Source: Obrimoposthia wandeli | Lineage: Eukaryota | Assembly (NCBI GenBank): GCA_977020255.1 | Contig: CDROCS010000506.1 | Location: 992,001-1,056,000 of the forward strand | Direction of reading: 5' to 3' | DNA length: 64,000 bases | Shown: one piece after another, positions 23,166 to 34,758 of the stretch | Numbering within the stretch: position 1 is the first letter of the stretch | Layout: each line of letters begins with the position of its first letter | The notes under the pieces: generated by a model | The model's database searches: none | The model's input: only the letters and a program-made list of their open reading frames with translations | What the model was told of the DNA's origin: nothing | Translations under genes and position numbers: made by a program

Positions 23166-24416
23166 ATGGAAAATTCAATCAGTCTTATTACCAACGATGC
23201 TGTGGTAATGGGTTTACTCGCAGTAATTTTGGGCGCAGTGTTCGTTACTGAAAAAAGTGAGCATCCTTTTTGGAAGAAATTCTACAAGTTCGTTCCAGGC
23301 CTCTTATTATGCTATTTCCTACCCTCGCTACTTAATACGTTTGGTATTATCGATGCGAGTTCATCAAACCTCTACTTTGTAGCGAGCCGTTATTTATTAC
23401 CAGCCGCCTTAGTACTACTGATCATTTCAGCTGATTTGAAGAAGATAATGGGACTGGGCTCAAAAGCCATTATCATGTTCTTAACCGGTACATTCGGTAT
23501 TATGATTGGTGGACCAATTGCGATTCTTATTATTGATCAAATAAACCCTGATATTGTAAGTGGCGATGTATGGCGCGGCCTAACAACAGTTGCCGGTTCA
23601 TGGATTGGCGGCGGTGCGAACCAAGCTGCAATGAAAGAAGTATTCACGGTTGATGATAACTTATTCTCAGCAATGATCACGGTTGATGTTATCACTGCCA
23701 ACATTTGGATGGCGATTCTATTGATTATGGCTGGTAATCAAAAACGCGTGGATAAATGGCTTAAAGCTGATACCACTGCAATTGATGAACTTAAAGAAAC
23801 CGTAACTAAATATGAAGCAGAAAATGCACGTCCAATAACAACCACAGACATCATGTCAATTGTTGCTGTTGGTTTTGGTTTAACCGGTCTTGCACATTAT
23901 TTCAGTGATAAAATTGCCCCTTGGATCCAAATTAACGCACCTGAATTGGCAAAATATAGCTTAACGTCTGGGTTCTTCTGGTTAATCGTATTTGTAACGA
24001 CATTTGCACTGATTGCATCTTGCTTACCTATGTCTCGTAAGCTTGAAAATGCTGGCGCGTCAAAAGTTGGCTCAGGCTTTATTTATATCTTAGTTGCAAC
24101 TATTGGTATGAATATGGATATCACCGCTATTTTTGAAAATCCAGGTTATTTCTTGATTGGTATTATCTGGTTATCAATCCATGCAATTCTAATGATTGTT
24201 GTCGCTAAAATGATCCGAGCACCGTTATTCTTCCTGGCTGTCGGTAGTCAAGCTAACGTCGGTGGCGCCGCATCAGCACCAGTTGTTGCTGCTGCATTCC
24301 ACCCATCACTAGCACCTGTTGGTATCTTACTTGCTGTATTAGGTTACGCCCTAGGAACATACGGCGCTTATATCAGTGGCCTAATGATGCAGTGGGCTGC
24401 TAGCTTCGGCATGTAA
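23166..24416 (+). CDS. DUF819-like polytopic membrane protein
   Basis: About 11-12 TMs with motifs GSWIGGGANQAAM and GSQANVGGAASAPVVAAAF recalled from DUF819. Confidence 0.75.
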   Translation: MENSISLITNDAVVMGLLAVILGAVFVTEKSEHPFWKKFYKFVPGLLLCYFLPSLLNTFGIIDASSSNLYFVASRYLLPAALVLLIISADLKKIMGLGSKAIIMFLTGTFGIMIGGPIAILIIDQINPDIVSGDVWRGLTTVAGSWIGGGANQAAMKEVFTVDDNLFSAMITVDVITANIWMAILLIMAGNQKRVDKWLKADTTAIDELKETVTKYEAENARPITTTDIMSIVAVGFGLTGLAHYFSDKIAPWIQINAPELAKYSLTSGFFWLIVFVTTFALIASCLPMSRKLENAGASKVGSGFIYILVATIGMNMDITAIFENPGYFLIGIIWLSIHAILMIVVAKMIRAPLFFLAVGSQANVGGAASAPVVAAAFHPSLAPVGILLAVLGYALGTYGAYISGLMMQWAASFGM

Positions 24417-24480
24417 TTAATTTTATAGCATTATTTATAAAGTTACTTATGAAGTAGTTGATAACATTATTGATAAAATA

Positions 24481-24523
24481 GAGGCCAAGTAAGCGAATCT
24501 TAACAGTCAGCTTACTTGGCCTC
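24481..24523. terminator. 14-bp inverted repeat (terminator-like) between the DUF819 gene and pyrC
   Basis: gaggccaagtaagc-15 nt-gcttacttggcctc, followed by atcttttctt. Confidence 0.6.
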
Positions 24524-24552
24524 ATCTTTTCTTATCAATTAGGGCTACGTCT

Positions 24553-24581
24553 TTGACTTCCCCAAGATTAATCTTTAGAAT
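24553..24581 (+). promoter_or_regulatory. sigma70 promoter of pyrC
   Basis: TTGACT-17 nt-TAGAAT, 28 nt before the ATG. Confidence 0.65.
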
Positions 24582-24609
24582 CTGCGGAAATTAGCGATGG
24601 AGAAATCAA

Positions 24610-25641
24610 ATGGAAACTTTAACGATCACCCGCCCAGACGACTGGCACTTACACCTTCGAGATGGTGATGTTTTAAAACATACTGTTGCTGACATTAGTC
24701 GTTACATGGGTCGTGCTATCATTATGCCTAACCTTGTACCGCCAGTAACAAACGCTGAGATCGCCAAAGAATATCATCAACGTATTTTAGCTAACGTACC
24801 TGCGAATTCTTCATTTAGTCCATTAATGACTATCTACCTTACTGATCAAACAACGGCTGAAGATATCCACGCTGCAAAAGCAACGGGTATTGTTTATGCG
24901 GCAAAGCTTTATCCTGCTGGCGCAACAACAAATTCATCATCAGGCGTGACTTCAATTAAAAATGTTTACCCTGCACTACAAGCTTTACAAGACGCTGGTA
25001 TGCCATTGTTATTACATGGTGAAGTAACAGATGCAGACATCGATATTTTTGACCGTGAAAAAGTCTACTTAGATACAGTATTAAAGCCAGTTGTTGCTGA
25101 TTTCCCCAATTTAAAAATTGTACTTGAGCACATCACGACTGCAGATGCAGTTGAGTTCGTGAATAACGCCAGCGACAATATTGCAGCAACAATCACAGCT
25201 CATCATTTACTATTCAATCGTAACCACATGTTAGTTGGCGGTATTAAACCACACTACTATTGCTTACCAATTTTGAAGCGTAATACCCATCAAGCGGCAT
25301 TGATCCAAGCAGCAACGAGCGGTAGCAATAAATTCTTCCTTGGAACAGATTCAGCACCACACGCCGATGATAAGAAAGAGTCTGCTTGTGGTTGTGCTGG
25401 TGCTTACACATCGCATGCTGCAATTGAGCTTTACGCAGAAGTATTCGAGCAAGAAAATGCGCTTGATAAACTAGAAGCATTCGCTAGCTTCAATGGTCCT
25501 GATTTTTACAACTTACCACGCAATGCTGACACGATCACGTTAGTAAAATCTGCATGGCAAGTACCAACAACGCTGCCGTTTGGTGACGCGAAGATGGTCC
25601 CAATCAGAACTGGCGAGACTATCGCTTGGCAAGTAAAATAA
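24610..25641 (+). CDS. pyrC: dihydroorotase (type II)
   Basis: [22 protein letters not shown] and FLGTDSAPH. Confidence 0.98.
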   Translation: METLTITRPDDWHLHLRDGDVLKHTVADISRYMGRAIIMPNLVPPVTNAEIAKEYHQRILANVPANSSFSPLMTIYLTDQTTAEDIHAAKATGIVYAAKLYPAGATTNSSSGVTSIKNVYPALQALQDAGMPLLLHGEVTDADIDIFDREKVYLDTVLKPVVADFPNLKIVLEHITTADAVEFVNNASDNIAATITAHHLLFNRNHMLVGGIKPHYYCLPILKRNTHQAALIQAATSGSNKFFLGTDSAPHADDKKESACGCAGAYTSHAAIELYAEVFEQENALDKLEAFASFNGPDFYNLPRNADTITLVKSAWQVPTTLPFGDAKMVPIRTGETIAWQVK

Positions 25642-25663
25642 CTCAACTGTAGTTATGTGTTGC

Positions 25664-25688
25664 TATCCCAGTACCCTGTACTGGGATA
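25664..25688. terminator. 11-bp hairpin after pyrC
   Basis: tatcccagtac-cct-gtactgggata. Confidence 0.55.
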
Positions 25689-25793
25689 TTACTCTGCAAG
25701 TTACTTATAAATTTAACCTTTCTACTGTTTACCTCCCTTTCTATTAAAACAACTCTATGCTTAATTGCACGCCGCTATTGATCGAGAGTAGAT

Positions 25794-26519
25794 ATGCAAA
25801 CTCATGTTGATGCCATACCTAAAGCTAACGCTAAGCTAAAATATAAGCAGCCTAAACGCTTAATTGGGTTTGTGATTTTTAGTCTATTGGCCGTCGGTAT
25901 CTGTATGAAACTGGGACTCTGGCAACTTGCCCGTGCGCAAGAAAAGCAAGCGCTATTAGATATTGAGCAAGTCGTCATCACGACATTAAGCCAAGTAACA
26001 GCGAACAACTTACATCATCAAGTATCGTTGCAAGGTTCTTTTGATAATCTAAAGCCTATATTGCTCGATAATCAGATCAACAATAAACGTATCGGTTATC
26101 ACTTATATTTACCTTTTCACAACGATGAACAAACCATACTGGTTAATCTTGGCTGGCTAGCAGCATCGCCATCTCGGCAGATACTGCCCGTGATACCAAA
26201 GTTCACTGGCCTCTATCATCTAAACGGTACATTGAGCGCACCACAAGGCTCTCCCTTGCTACTTGGTGACAATATCAGTGCAAGTACAGACAATGTACTG
26301 GTAGTGCAACGCACCGACATCTCACAACTGCAATCCCATGTAGGCACACCACTGACGCCACTATTGTTACAACTGGAACCTAATTCCCCGATTGGCTTTA
26401 GTAAAACCTGGCAGATCACCGTCATGCCACCAGCAAAACATACCGCTTATGCAGTGCAATGGTTTGCCTTAGCATTTGCATTAAGTCTGTGCAGCGGTTA
26501 CTGGATTAAGAAATATTAA
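25794..26519 (+). CDS. SURF1/Shy1 family heme insertion factor
   Basis: LGLWQLARA, ILVNLGW and HTAYAVQWFALA. Confidence 0.9.
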   Translation: MQTHVDAIPKANAKLKYKQPKRLIGFVIFSLLAVGICMKLGLWQLARAQEKQALLDIEQVVITTLSQVTANNLHHQVSLQGSFDNLKPILLDNQINNKRIGYHLYLPFHNDEQTILVNLGWLAASPSRQILPVIPKFTGLYHLNGTLSAPQGSPLLLGDNISASTDNVLVVQRTDISQLQSHVGTPLTPLLLQLEPNSPIGFSKTWQITVMPPAKHTAYAVQWFALAFALSLCSGYWIKKY

Positions 26520-26559
26520 CGCTAACAAATAAAAATAATACGCAAGATAAGGATTAGTC

Positions 26560-27069
26560 ATGCAAAAGAAACCATTATTTATCATGCTCGGATTATTCAT
26601 TACCCCCATTTTAGTTGCAAAACTAGTACTGGTTAATGATTGGTATCAGGGGGCTAAAACCAATGCCGGCACATTAATAACACCACCTCTCGCACTCTCA
26701 TCAGCCCCTCAGGCATGGTTACTACTCTACAACCCAGCGGATCATTGCAGCACCGTTTGCCAAGAAAGTCTCTGGCAGATCCAGCAAGTGCATACGCTAC
26801 TCGCCTCTGAAGGCAGTCGTGTGCAACGATCTATCACCGCTATCCCGGCATTAGAGTCCGAATATATTGATACGCAGACGCTCACAAAATTACAATTAAG
26901 CACTGCCAATCAACAGCAGTTAAGCGCGGATACACTATATTTAGTTGACCCACTAGGTAATATTTTCATGCGTTATCAATTCCCTGCAGATAAAACAGCG
27001 GCATTGAAAGTATCAGCGGGTTTATTAAAGGATTTAAAACGCTTACTGAAAATATCGAAAATAGGGTAA
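26560..27069 (+). CDS. oxidase-assembly-associated membrane-anchored protein (degenerate thioredoxin/SCO-like fold)
   Basis: N-terminal TM, C-x3-C (HCSTVC), YLVDPLGNIFMRY and LLKDLKRLLK. Occupies the conserved slot between SURF1 and ctaA. Confidence 0.7.
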   Translation: MQKKPLFIMLGLFITPILVAKLVLVNDWYQGAKTNAGTLITPPLALSSAPQAWLLLYNPADHCSTVCQESLWQIQQVHTLLASEGSRVQRSITAIPALESEYIDTQTLTKLQLSTANQQQLSADTLYLVDPLGNIFMRYQFPADKTAALKVSAGLLKDLKRLLKISKIG

Positions 27070-27092
27070 GTCGTAATACACAAGGATGGTCC

Positions 27093-28130
27093 ATGCAAAA
27101 ACTGCTCAATCTAACGATAGTGTTAGCTTTCATCGTTATTATTCTTGGCGCTTATACGCGCCTTACCGACGCTGGGTTAGGCTGTCCAGACTGGCCGGGC
27201 TGTTACGGCTTTAATGCAGTGCCAGCCAACGCCCAAGACATAGCCTCAGCACAACTGGCTTACCCAGATAAACCATTACACGCAGAAAAAGCCTGGAATG
27301 AAATGATCCATCGCTATATTGCCGGGCTACTCGGTATTTTTATCCTCATCATTTTCATCGTTAGTGGCAAACAAAAACAGCAACTGCGATTAGCAACCAC
27401 ACTCATCCTCTTAGTTTTATTTCAAGCTGCGCTAGGGATGTGGACTGTCACCATGAATTTACAGCCTATTATCGTCATGGGACATTTATTGGGTGGCTTT
27501 AGTATTTTATCTCTGTTGATATTATTCCGATTACGCTTATCTCAACCACCAATGACACCCAACCTATTAACTCAGCCTTTAGGTGAGCACCAGCAAGGAC
27601 TTATATTACCTCTTCACAGGCAACGTTTAGCGCGAGTGCAATTATATTGCGCCATTGCACTGCCGATTGTCATCATTCAAATTGCACTTGGCGGTTGGAC
27701 AAGTTCAAATTACGCTGCCATTGTCTGCACTGAATTGCCGATTTGTAATGGTGACTGGTTAAGTCGTTTTGATCTCAATGATGTATTTAGTCTCAGTCCC
27801 GTGGCAGATACCTACCAGTATGGTGTACGAGATACTATCGCCAGAATGAATATCCACATCACCCATCGGATCTGGGCTGGCGTAACGATCATTTATCTGC
27901 TGCTCACCACCTATCAATTACTCAAACATCAAACAGAAAGAAAGATACGTGTCATGGCTATTGCCTTACTTGTCGTTCTTTGTCTACAAGTCAGTTTAGG
28001 TATCGCTAATGTGTTATTTCAGCTACCGCTAGGCATTGCAGTGGCGCATAACCTAGTTGCGGCGATCTTATTGATCACTTTAATCACCCTACTTTGGCTC
28101 AACCAACAGCAACTGCAAGAGGTGCTATGA
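27093..28130 (+). CDS. ctaA: heme A synthase CtaA/COX15
   Basis: [16 protein letters not shown], and conserved His residues in TM helices. Confidence 0.93.
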   Translation: MQKLLNLTIVLAFIVIILGAYTRLTDAGLGCPDWPGCYGFNAVPANAQDIASAQLAYPDKPLHAEKAWNEMIHRYIAGLLGIFILIIFIVSGKQKQQLRLATTLILLVLFQAALGMWTVTMNLQPIIVMGHLLGGFSILSLLILFRLRLSQPPMTPNLLTQPLGEHQQGLILPLHRQRLARVQLYCAIALPIVIIQIALGGWTSSNYAAIVCTELPICNGDWLSRFDLNDVFSLSPVADTYQYGVRDTIARMNIHITHRIWAGVTIIYLLLTTYQLLKHQTERKIRVMAIALLVVLCLQVSLGIANVLFQLPLGIAVAHNLVAAILLITLITLLWLNQQQLQEVL

Positions 28131-29023
28131 ACACACAATCCATTAAATTAACGCTTACCCCTAACTGGCGCGCCTACTATCAACTCACCAAACCTAAAGT
28201 GGTGGCGCTGTTACTGCTCACTGCATTAGTCGGTATGGTACTGGCGCTTCCGACATTACCTTCATTAAATTTATTAGTCCCAGCATTAGTGGGTATTGGA
28301 CTATTATCTGCAGCGGCAGCGGCCTACAACCATATTCTCGACCAACGTATTGATGCCATCATGACTCGAACCCATCAGCGTCCGTTAGTGCAAAACACTA
28401 TTAGTACAGCAAAAGCCTTGGTCTTTGCGACGAGTATGGCAATCATAGGTATGGCGACTCTATTTGTATTTGTAAATGCGTTAACCGCGTGGTTAACCTT
28501 TGCGAGTCTGATTGGTTATGCGGTGATTTACACCATGTATTTAAAACGCGCGACACCACAAAATATTGCCATCGGTGGACTGGCAGGCGCAACGCCACCA
28601 CTGCTTGGTTGGACAGCTATGACAGGAGAAGTAACCGGGCAAGCGTTACTGCTAGTGATGATTATTTTCATTTGGACACCACCGCATTTTTGGGCGCTGG
28701 CGATTCATAAAGAAAAAGAATATGCCAAAGCTAAGATCCCAATGCTGCCAGTCACTCATGGCGCTGAGTATACTAAAACCCTGATACTGCTTTATACACT
28801 GCTACTCTTACCTGTCACTTGGTTACCTTGGCTCACGCAACTCAGTGGTTTACTCTATTTGGCTGGTTCAACCGTCCTCGGGCTGAGTTTTATTTATTAC
28901 GCTTATCGCTTAAAATTCAAACCCACCCGAAAAACTGCTTTCCAAACATTTAAATTCTCTATCATCCACCTAATGGTATTATTTCTATTATTGTTAGTCG
29001 ATCACTGGGTTATTCACTATTAA
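28127..29023 (+). CDS. ctaB: protoheme IX farnesyltransferase (heme O synthase)
   Basis: [19 protein letters not shown] and [13 protein letters not shown] 28127 overlaps the ctaA stop (ATGA). Confidence 0.95.
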   Translation: MNTQSIKLTLTPNWRAYYQLTKPKVVALLLLTALVGMVLALPTLPSLNLLVPALVGIGLLSAAAAAYNHILDQRIDAIMTRTHQRPLVQNTISTAKALVFATSMAIIGMATLFVFVNALTAWLTFASLIGYAVIYTMYLKRATPQNIAIGGLAGATPPLLGWTAMTGEVTGQALLLVMIIFIWTPPHFWALAIHKEKEYAKAKIPMLPVTHGAEYTKTLILLYTLLLLPVTWLPWLTQLSGLLYLAGSTVLGLSFIYYAYRLKFKPTRKTAFQTFKFSIIHLMVLFLLLLVDHWVIHY

Positions 29024-29060
29024 CAAAAATACACCGACACCTTTCTAAGTAACTAATAAT

Positions 29061-29105
29061 TAAAGGTAATAATTACGCTGAAAATAAGGCTTTTTATTAC
29101 CTTTA
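29061..29105. repeat. 12-bp inverted repeat after ctaB
   Basis: taaaggtaataa-21 nt-ttattaccttta. Confidence 0.6.
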
Positions 29106-29373
29106 TCTTTAAATTAACCCGCCTAAATAAAACCAGCAAAGCTTTACACTGCAAATTTTAAATATAATGAATTGTTATATGGGATCAATCTCTAATTAAC
29201 AGTGCTGCCTACTATATTGCTAGTTGTTTTTTAGAATTAAATCGCTATCATAGCGAAATAAAAATTTGAGAGATTAAAAAAAAGTTTAATCCTCGTTATT
29301 CTGCCTAACAAGAGACTGTTAGCGCGCTAATTATTTAAGCTTATATAACTTAAGCATCTGCTGAGGAATTACT

Positions 29374-30765
29374 ATGATCAGTGTATTCGATATCTACAAA
29401 ATTGGTATTGGTCCATCAAGTTCTCATACTGTTGGTCCAATGAAAGCTGCCAAACAATTTATCGACGACCTACGAGCGACAGGGAAGATCCGCGAAGTCA
29501 CTCAAATCACAGTGGATGTGCATGGTTCATTATCGTTGACTGGTAAAGGTCACCACACTGATATTGCTATCATCATGGGTTTAGCAGGTAACTTACCTGA
29601 AACTGTTGATATTGATGCAATCCCAGAGTTTATTCACCGTGTTGAACAAACACGTCGTTTACCAATCGGTCTACACTGTCATACTGTTGATTTTCCCGCT
29701 TCAGCTATGAACTTTATCGATGAACCACTTGCACTTCACGAAAATGGTTTGAAAATTCACGCTTACATCGATGGCGAAGTTGCATTCACAAAAACTTACT
29801 ACTCTACGGGTGGTGGTTTCATCGTTGACGAAGAAAACTTCGGTCTAACACAAGGTGAAACAGCTGACGTTAAATACCCATTTAACAGCGCAGCAAAACT
29901 GGTTGAACACTGCCAAGATAATGCCTTATCTATGAGTGCATTAATGGCTGAGAATGAAAAATCATTCCGTACTGAACAAGAAACACATCACTTGTTTTCT
30001 GGCATTTGGACTGCAATGTCTGAAGCGATTGAACGCGGTTGTAAAACAGAAGGTTTACTTGCTGGTCCATTACGTGTGCCACGTCGTGCAGCAGCACTTA
30101 AACGCCAACTAGAAGCAAGCGATGGCTTTAACACTGATCCAATGACTATCATTGACTGGGTTAACATGTTTGCACTTGCAGTAAGTGAAGAAAATGCTGC
30201 CGGTGGCCGTGTAGTAACAGCACCAACTAACGGTGCTGCTGGTATCATTCCAGCTGTATTAGCATATTATGACAAGTTTATCCGTCCGCTAACACGTGAT
30301 GAATACACTAAATTCTACCTTGCATCTGGTGCTATCGGTATCCTATACAAAACTAACGCATCTATCTCAGGCGCGGAAGTTGGTTGTCAGGGTGAAGTTG
30401 GCGTATCTTGCTCAATGGCAGCAGCGGGTCTTGCTGAACTTATGGGTGCAAGCGCATCACAAGTTTGCCAAGCAGCTGAGATCGGCATGGAACATAACTT
30501 AGGTCTAACTTGCGATCCTGTTGGCGGCCAAGTACAAGTACCTTGTATCGAACGTAACGCGATTGCAGCAGTTAAAGCGATCAACGCTTCACGTATGGCA
30601 ATGCGCCGTACGAGCGAGCCTTGTGTATCGTTAGACAAAGTTATCGAAACTATGTACGAAACAGGTAAAGACATGAATGCTAAATACCGTGAGACTTCTC
30701 AAGGTGGTTTGGCAATTAAAGTATTAAATGTTGGCGATATCAAAAAAGCCCACACTTGTACTTAA
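29374..30765 (+). CDS. sdaA: L-serine dehydratase (Fe-S), copy 1
   Basis: [40 protein letters not shown] and PCIERN. Confidence 0.97.
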   Translation: MISVFDIYKIGIGPSSSHTVGPMKAAKQFIDDLRATGKIREVTQITVDVHGSLSLTGKGHHTDIAIIMGLAGNLPETVDIDAIPEFIHRVEQTRRLPIGLHCHTVDFPASAMNFIDEPLALHENGLKIHAYIDGEVAFTKTYYSTGGGFIVDEENFGLTQGETADVKYPFNSAAKLVEHCQDNALSMSALMAENEKSFRTEQETHHLFSGIWTAMSEAIERGCKTEGLLAGPLRVPRRAAALKRQLEASDGFNTDPMTIIDWVNMFALAVSEENAAGGRVVTAPTNGAAGIIPAVLAYYDKFIRPLTRDEYTKFYLASGAIGILYKTNASISGAEVGCQGEVGVSCSMAAAGLAELMGASASQVCQAAEIGMEHNLGLTCDPVGGQVQVPCIERNAIAAVKAINASRMAMRRTSEPCVSLDKVIETMYETGKDMNAKYRETSQGGLAIKVLNVGDIKKAHTCT

Positions 30766-30811
30766 TCTGTCGTACGCCTAGATAACAAACATTATTTAGG
30801 CTCAGAAAAAT

Positions 30812-30849
30812 AAAAGCCAGAATGTGCTCGTCACTATTCTGGCTTTTTT
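30812..30849 (+). terminator. intrinsic terminator of sdaA copy 1
   Basis: aaaagccagaat...attctggctttttt. Confidence 0.85.
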
Positions 30850-30861
30850 ATATCCGCAGTT

Positions 30862-30928
30862 TTTATATTCATAATTTATATCGATAACTTTATATCGATA
30901 GCTTTATATTGATAGTTTATATTAATAG
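30862..30928. repeat. degenerate tandem array of five 13-14-bp units (TTTATATYGATAR)
   Basis: tttatattcataa / tttatatcgataac / tttatatcgatagc / tttatattgatag / tttatattaatag. Confidence 0.85.
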
Positions 30929-31228
30929 TCATGTGCCCGACTTATCTTCAACTCCCCGACCTTGCTTTACCCTATCTTCAAATACATCACCTCAAACCAC
31001 CCAATAACAGGTATTAACCAGCCCTCACTCCTTTGATTACTGATTTATCTCAATATGCAGTAACCCCTGAGAAAAAGCATCATACTTTTAGGTGTAAATA
31101 GCAGTGATTAGGCTTGGCTCTAATGACTTTGCAGCTTAACTACTTTCTACTCCAGCATTAGGTCACTTATTCTATTTTATCGCACGACGTAACCAGCTGT
31201 CCGCTCTGCCAACATTAGGGAAATTTTC

Positions 31229-32833
31229 ATGAAAGCGCTCACTCTACCCGATATGGGATTTCTGTATTGCGAAACGGTATCACGCCCAAATCATGTTGCT
31301 GCAATGCAAGTTTTTGATATGCCAGATAACTACCAAGGTGATTACGGTGAAGATCTATATCAACAATTGATGCAATTTACACAAATCGAAAAGCCATTTA
31401 ATTACAAGTTACATACTGCTTATTCTGGATTAATGTATTGGCAAGAGGATGACAACATTGACCTTGATTATCATGTTCGTCAGGTCCGTTTACCTAACAC
31501 GGGCGACAGAGAGCAATTGCTTGAATACATAGAACACGCACATTCTAACCTGATGGATCGTAACCGCCCATTATGGGAAATGCATTTAATTTCAGGGCTT
31601 GCTAACGGTCAATTTGCCGTTTACCTGAAAATGCACCACGCATTTACTGACGGCGTTAAAGCGAATAGCATTCTGCTGAGTTATTTAACCACACGGGCTA
31701 ATGGAAAATTAAAAGCATTTTGGACTCAAACAGGCTTTGAAAGCAAACAACCTGATACTGAAGTCAAAGCCAGTATGGTGAGTAAATTAAAGCAGAGCAG
31801 CGCGGTAATAACGAAAAAAGTACGCACAATTCCATCAATATTAGGGCTTGGTTCGAAGTTAATATTACAAGGCGTGAATATCTATAAAGCCAATATCATC
31901 ACACCATTTACCTCACCTAAAACCCCCTTTTCAGTCAGCCCGAAACGAGCTCGTCGGGCATCAACCAGCATGCTGCCGCTATCACGGGTAAAAAATATAG
32001 GCAAAATAGCAGGGGCTACAGTTAATGATGTCGTCGTCTGTATTTGTGATATCGCATTACACCGCTACCTATCTGATCTTAACTACCAACTTAAGCAACC
32101 GCTGACCGCACAAATTCCGGTGAGTCTACGCGATGCAAACGACATTACCTCTAATAACCGTATCGCGATCACCATGATTGAACTTGCCCACAGCAGTGCT
32201 ACGCCACTCACTCGGCTAATGGCAATTAAAGATGCTTGTAACAAGCTAAAACAAGAAACCAGTTTATTATCAGATGAAGCATTAACAAGTTATACCCTTG
32301 CCAGTCAGGGATTAGCGGTGATAAGTGAATTATTGAATCTAGATAATGTATTGCCACCCGTCGGGAATGTACTGATTTCTAATGTGCCAGGTCCACGCAA
32401 GCCGATGTATATGATGGGGGCAAAAATGCAAGAATGTTTCCCGCTATCAGCTTTACCGCCTGGCATGTCACTCAATATAACTTTATACAGTTATATGAAT
32501 AACATTAATGTCGGTTTAATTGCTTGCCGCTCAAACCTACCCGATTTGACCAAGTTATCGAGTTATATCGATGACGCATTTACAGAGCTAGAGCAAGTTG
32601 TCATGAATAGCGCGATTGATATTGTCAGTGAGCAAATCGCACGACTAGAACACGATGATATATTATCAAATAGCATGCATGAATTGATTAGTGTCGTTAA
32701 CGATAATGCCTGTTCGACCATCATGCTAGATACAGCAAAAGATGCCGTAGTCACAACAAAAAAAGATATTCAGAAAAGTAATAAAAGGCAGGTAGGCAAG
32801 GTCGTAGAACAAACTGAAGATGTTTTAATCTAA
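31229..32833 (+). CDS. wax ester synthase / acyl-CoA:diacylglycerol acyltransferase (WS/DGAT)
   Basis: Catalytic HHxxxDG (MHHAFTDG), IDLDYHV, MDRNRPLWEMHLI, TVNDVV and NVLISNVPGP. Confidence 0.92.
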   Translation: MKALTLPDMGFLYCETVSRPNHVAAMQVFDMPDNYQGDYGEDLYQQLMQFTQIEKPFNYKLHTAYSGLMYWQEDDNIDLDYHVRQVRLPNTGDREQLLEYIEHAHSNLMDRNRPLWEMHLISGLANGQFAVYLKMHHAFTDGVKANSILLSYLTTRANGKLKAFWTQTGFESKQPDTEVKASMVSKLKQSSAVITKKVRTIPSILGLGSKLILQGVNIYKANIITPFTSPKTPFSVSPKRARRASTSMLPLSRVKNIGKIAGATVNDVVVCICDIALHRYLSDLNYQLKQPLTAQIPVSLRDANDITSNNRIAITMIELAHSSATPLTRLMAIKDACNKLKQETSLLSDEALTSYTLASQGLAVISELLNLDNVLPPVGNVLISNVPGPRKPMYMMGAKMQECFPLSALPPGMSLNITLYSYMNNINVGLIACRSNLPDLTKLSSYIDDAFTELEQVVMNSAIDIVSEQIARLEHDDILSNSMHELISVVNDNACSTIMLDTAKDAVVTTKKDIQKSNKRQVGKVVEQTEDVLI

Positions 32834-32844
32834 ATTAAAATACT

Positions 32845-32872
32845 CTCGGCTAAACTAAAAGTATTAGCCGAG
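32845..32872. terminator. hairpin between convergent WS/DGAT and cysB
   Basis: ctcggctaa-10 nt-ttagccgag. Confidence 0.5.
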
Positions 32873-32886
32873 TGCACAAAATCTCG

Positions 32887-33873
<987 letters not shown>

Positions 33874-33944
33874 CTATATTCCAAATAATTAATTGTATTC
33901 TAACAAAACCAGAGCAGAATACTGTTATTTCTTGCTAATAAGAT

Positions 33945-34703
33945 ATGCTAGGCATCATTACTTTTATGCTAGTTAAAGATATGATAACACCATTAGACGA
34001 TAACATTAAACCAAGTAAAGACTCTGTGGATTATGCGCTGATCCTGACATCTGCTGTACATGATATGAAAAATTCATTATGTCTGTTACTACAATCCATT
34101 GAATCTATGTCCGCAGAGAGCAACGCCGAATACGATAAACAAACCCATACAGCTAAACTAGCTGACTTACACTATGAGGTATTACGACTGAATAGCGGTT
34201 TAATTCAGGTACTGTCGCTCTATCGTGATGAAAAAGATCAGCTGCCATTAAATATTGCAGAATGTTTTATTGCCGATTATTTCACTGAATTTTGTATTAA
34301 AAATCAATTGTACAGTGACAGTCATCATATCGAAATTGACGTTAACATTGACCCAGATCTTGCTTGGTACTGCGATCATAATTTAATTAGTTACCTATTA
34401 TCCGATGTCTTTATCAACGCCTTACGCTATAGCAAGGGTAAGCTCCTCGTAACTGCAAATATTGTTAATAATCAGCTTGAAATAGAGATCGCCGACAATG
34501 GTAACGGCTACCCCGACAGCATGTTACAAGCTCAGCACAACTCCATGTCAGCGCTAAGTTGTAAACAAGGGCGTACTGGATTAGGTTTATATTTTGCCCG
34601 TTTAATTGCAAATGCACATGTAATTAAAGGAAAAAAAGGACACATTTCACTGCGTAATGGCGGCACTCTGGGTGGCGGTATATTTACCTTACTACTACCT
34701 TAA
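33945..34703 (+). CDS. cytoplasmic histidine kinase (DHp + HATPase_c, no sensor or TM domain)
   Basis: H box SAVHDMKNSL, N box INALRY, G1 DNGNGY and G2 GLGLY. Confidence 0.85.
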   Translation: MLGIITFMLVKDMITPLDDNIKPSKDSVDYALILTSAVHDMKNSLCLLLQSIESMSAESNAEYDKQTHTAKLADLHYEVLRLNSGLIQVLSLYRDEKDQLPLNIAECFIADYFTEFCIKNQLYSDSHHIEIDVNIDPDLAWYCDHNLISYLLSDVFINALRYSKGKLLVTANIVNNQLEIEIADNGNGYPDSMLQAQHNSMSALSCKQGRTGLGLYFARLIANAHVIKGKKGHISLRNGGTLGGGIFTLLLP

Positions 34704-34758
34704 CTAGGGTATTTATAGTAGTATCTTGATACCGCAGCAAATTTAGGTTTATAACACC

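Noticed and set aside
24582-24609. Enteric-type CTP/GTP start-site-switch hairpin in the pyrC leader
   Set aside because: No 5' segment complementary to the GGAG SD is present.
30862-30928. Repeat array as a CRISPR
   Set aside because: Units are 13-14 bp, contiguous, with no unique spacers and no cas genes in the window.
31115-31133. Sigma54-like TGGCTC...TTTGCA before WS/DGAT
   Set aside because: GG-to-GC spacing is 13 nt, not the strictly required 10.
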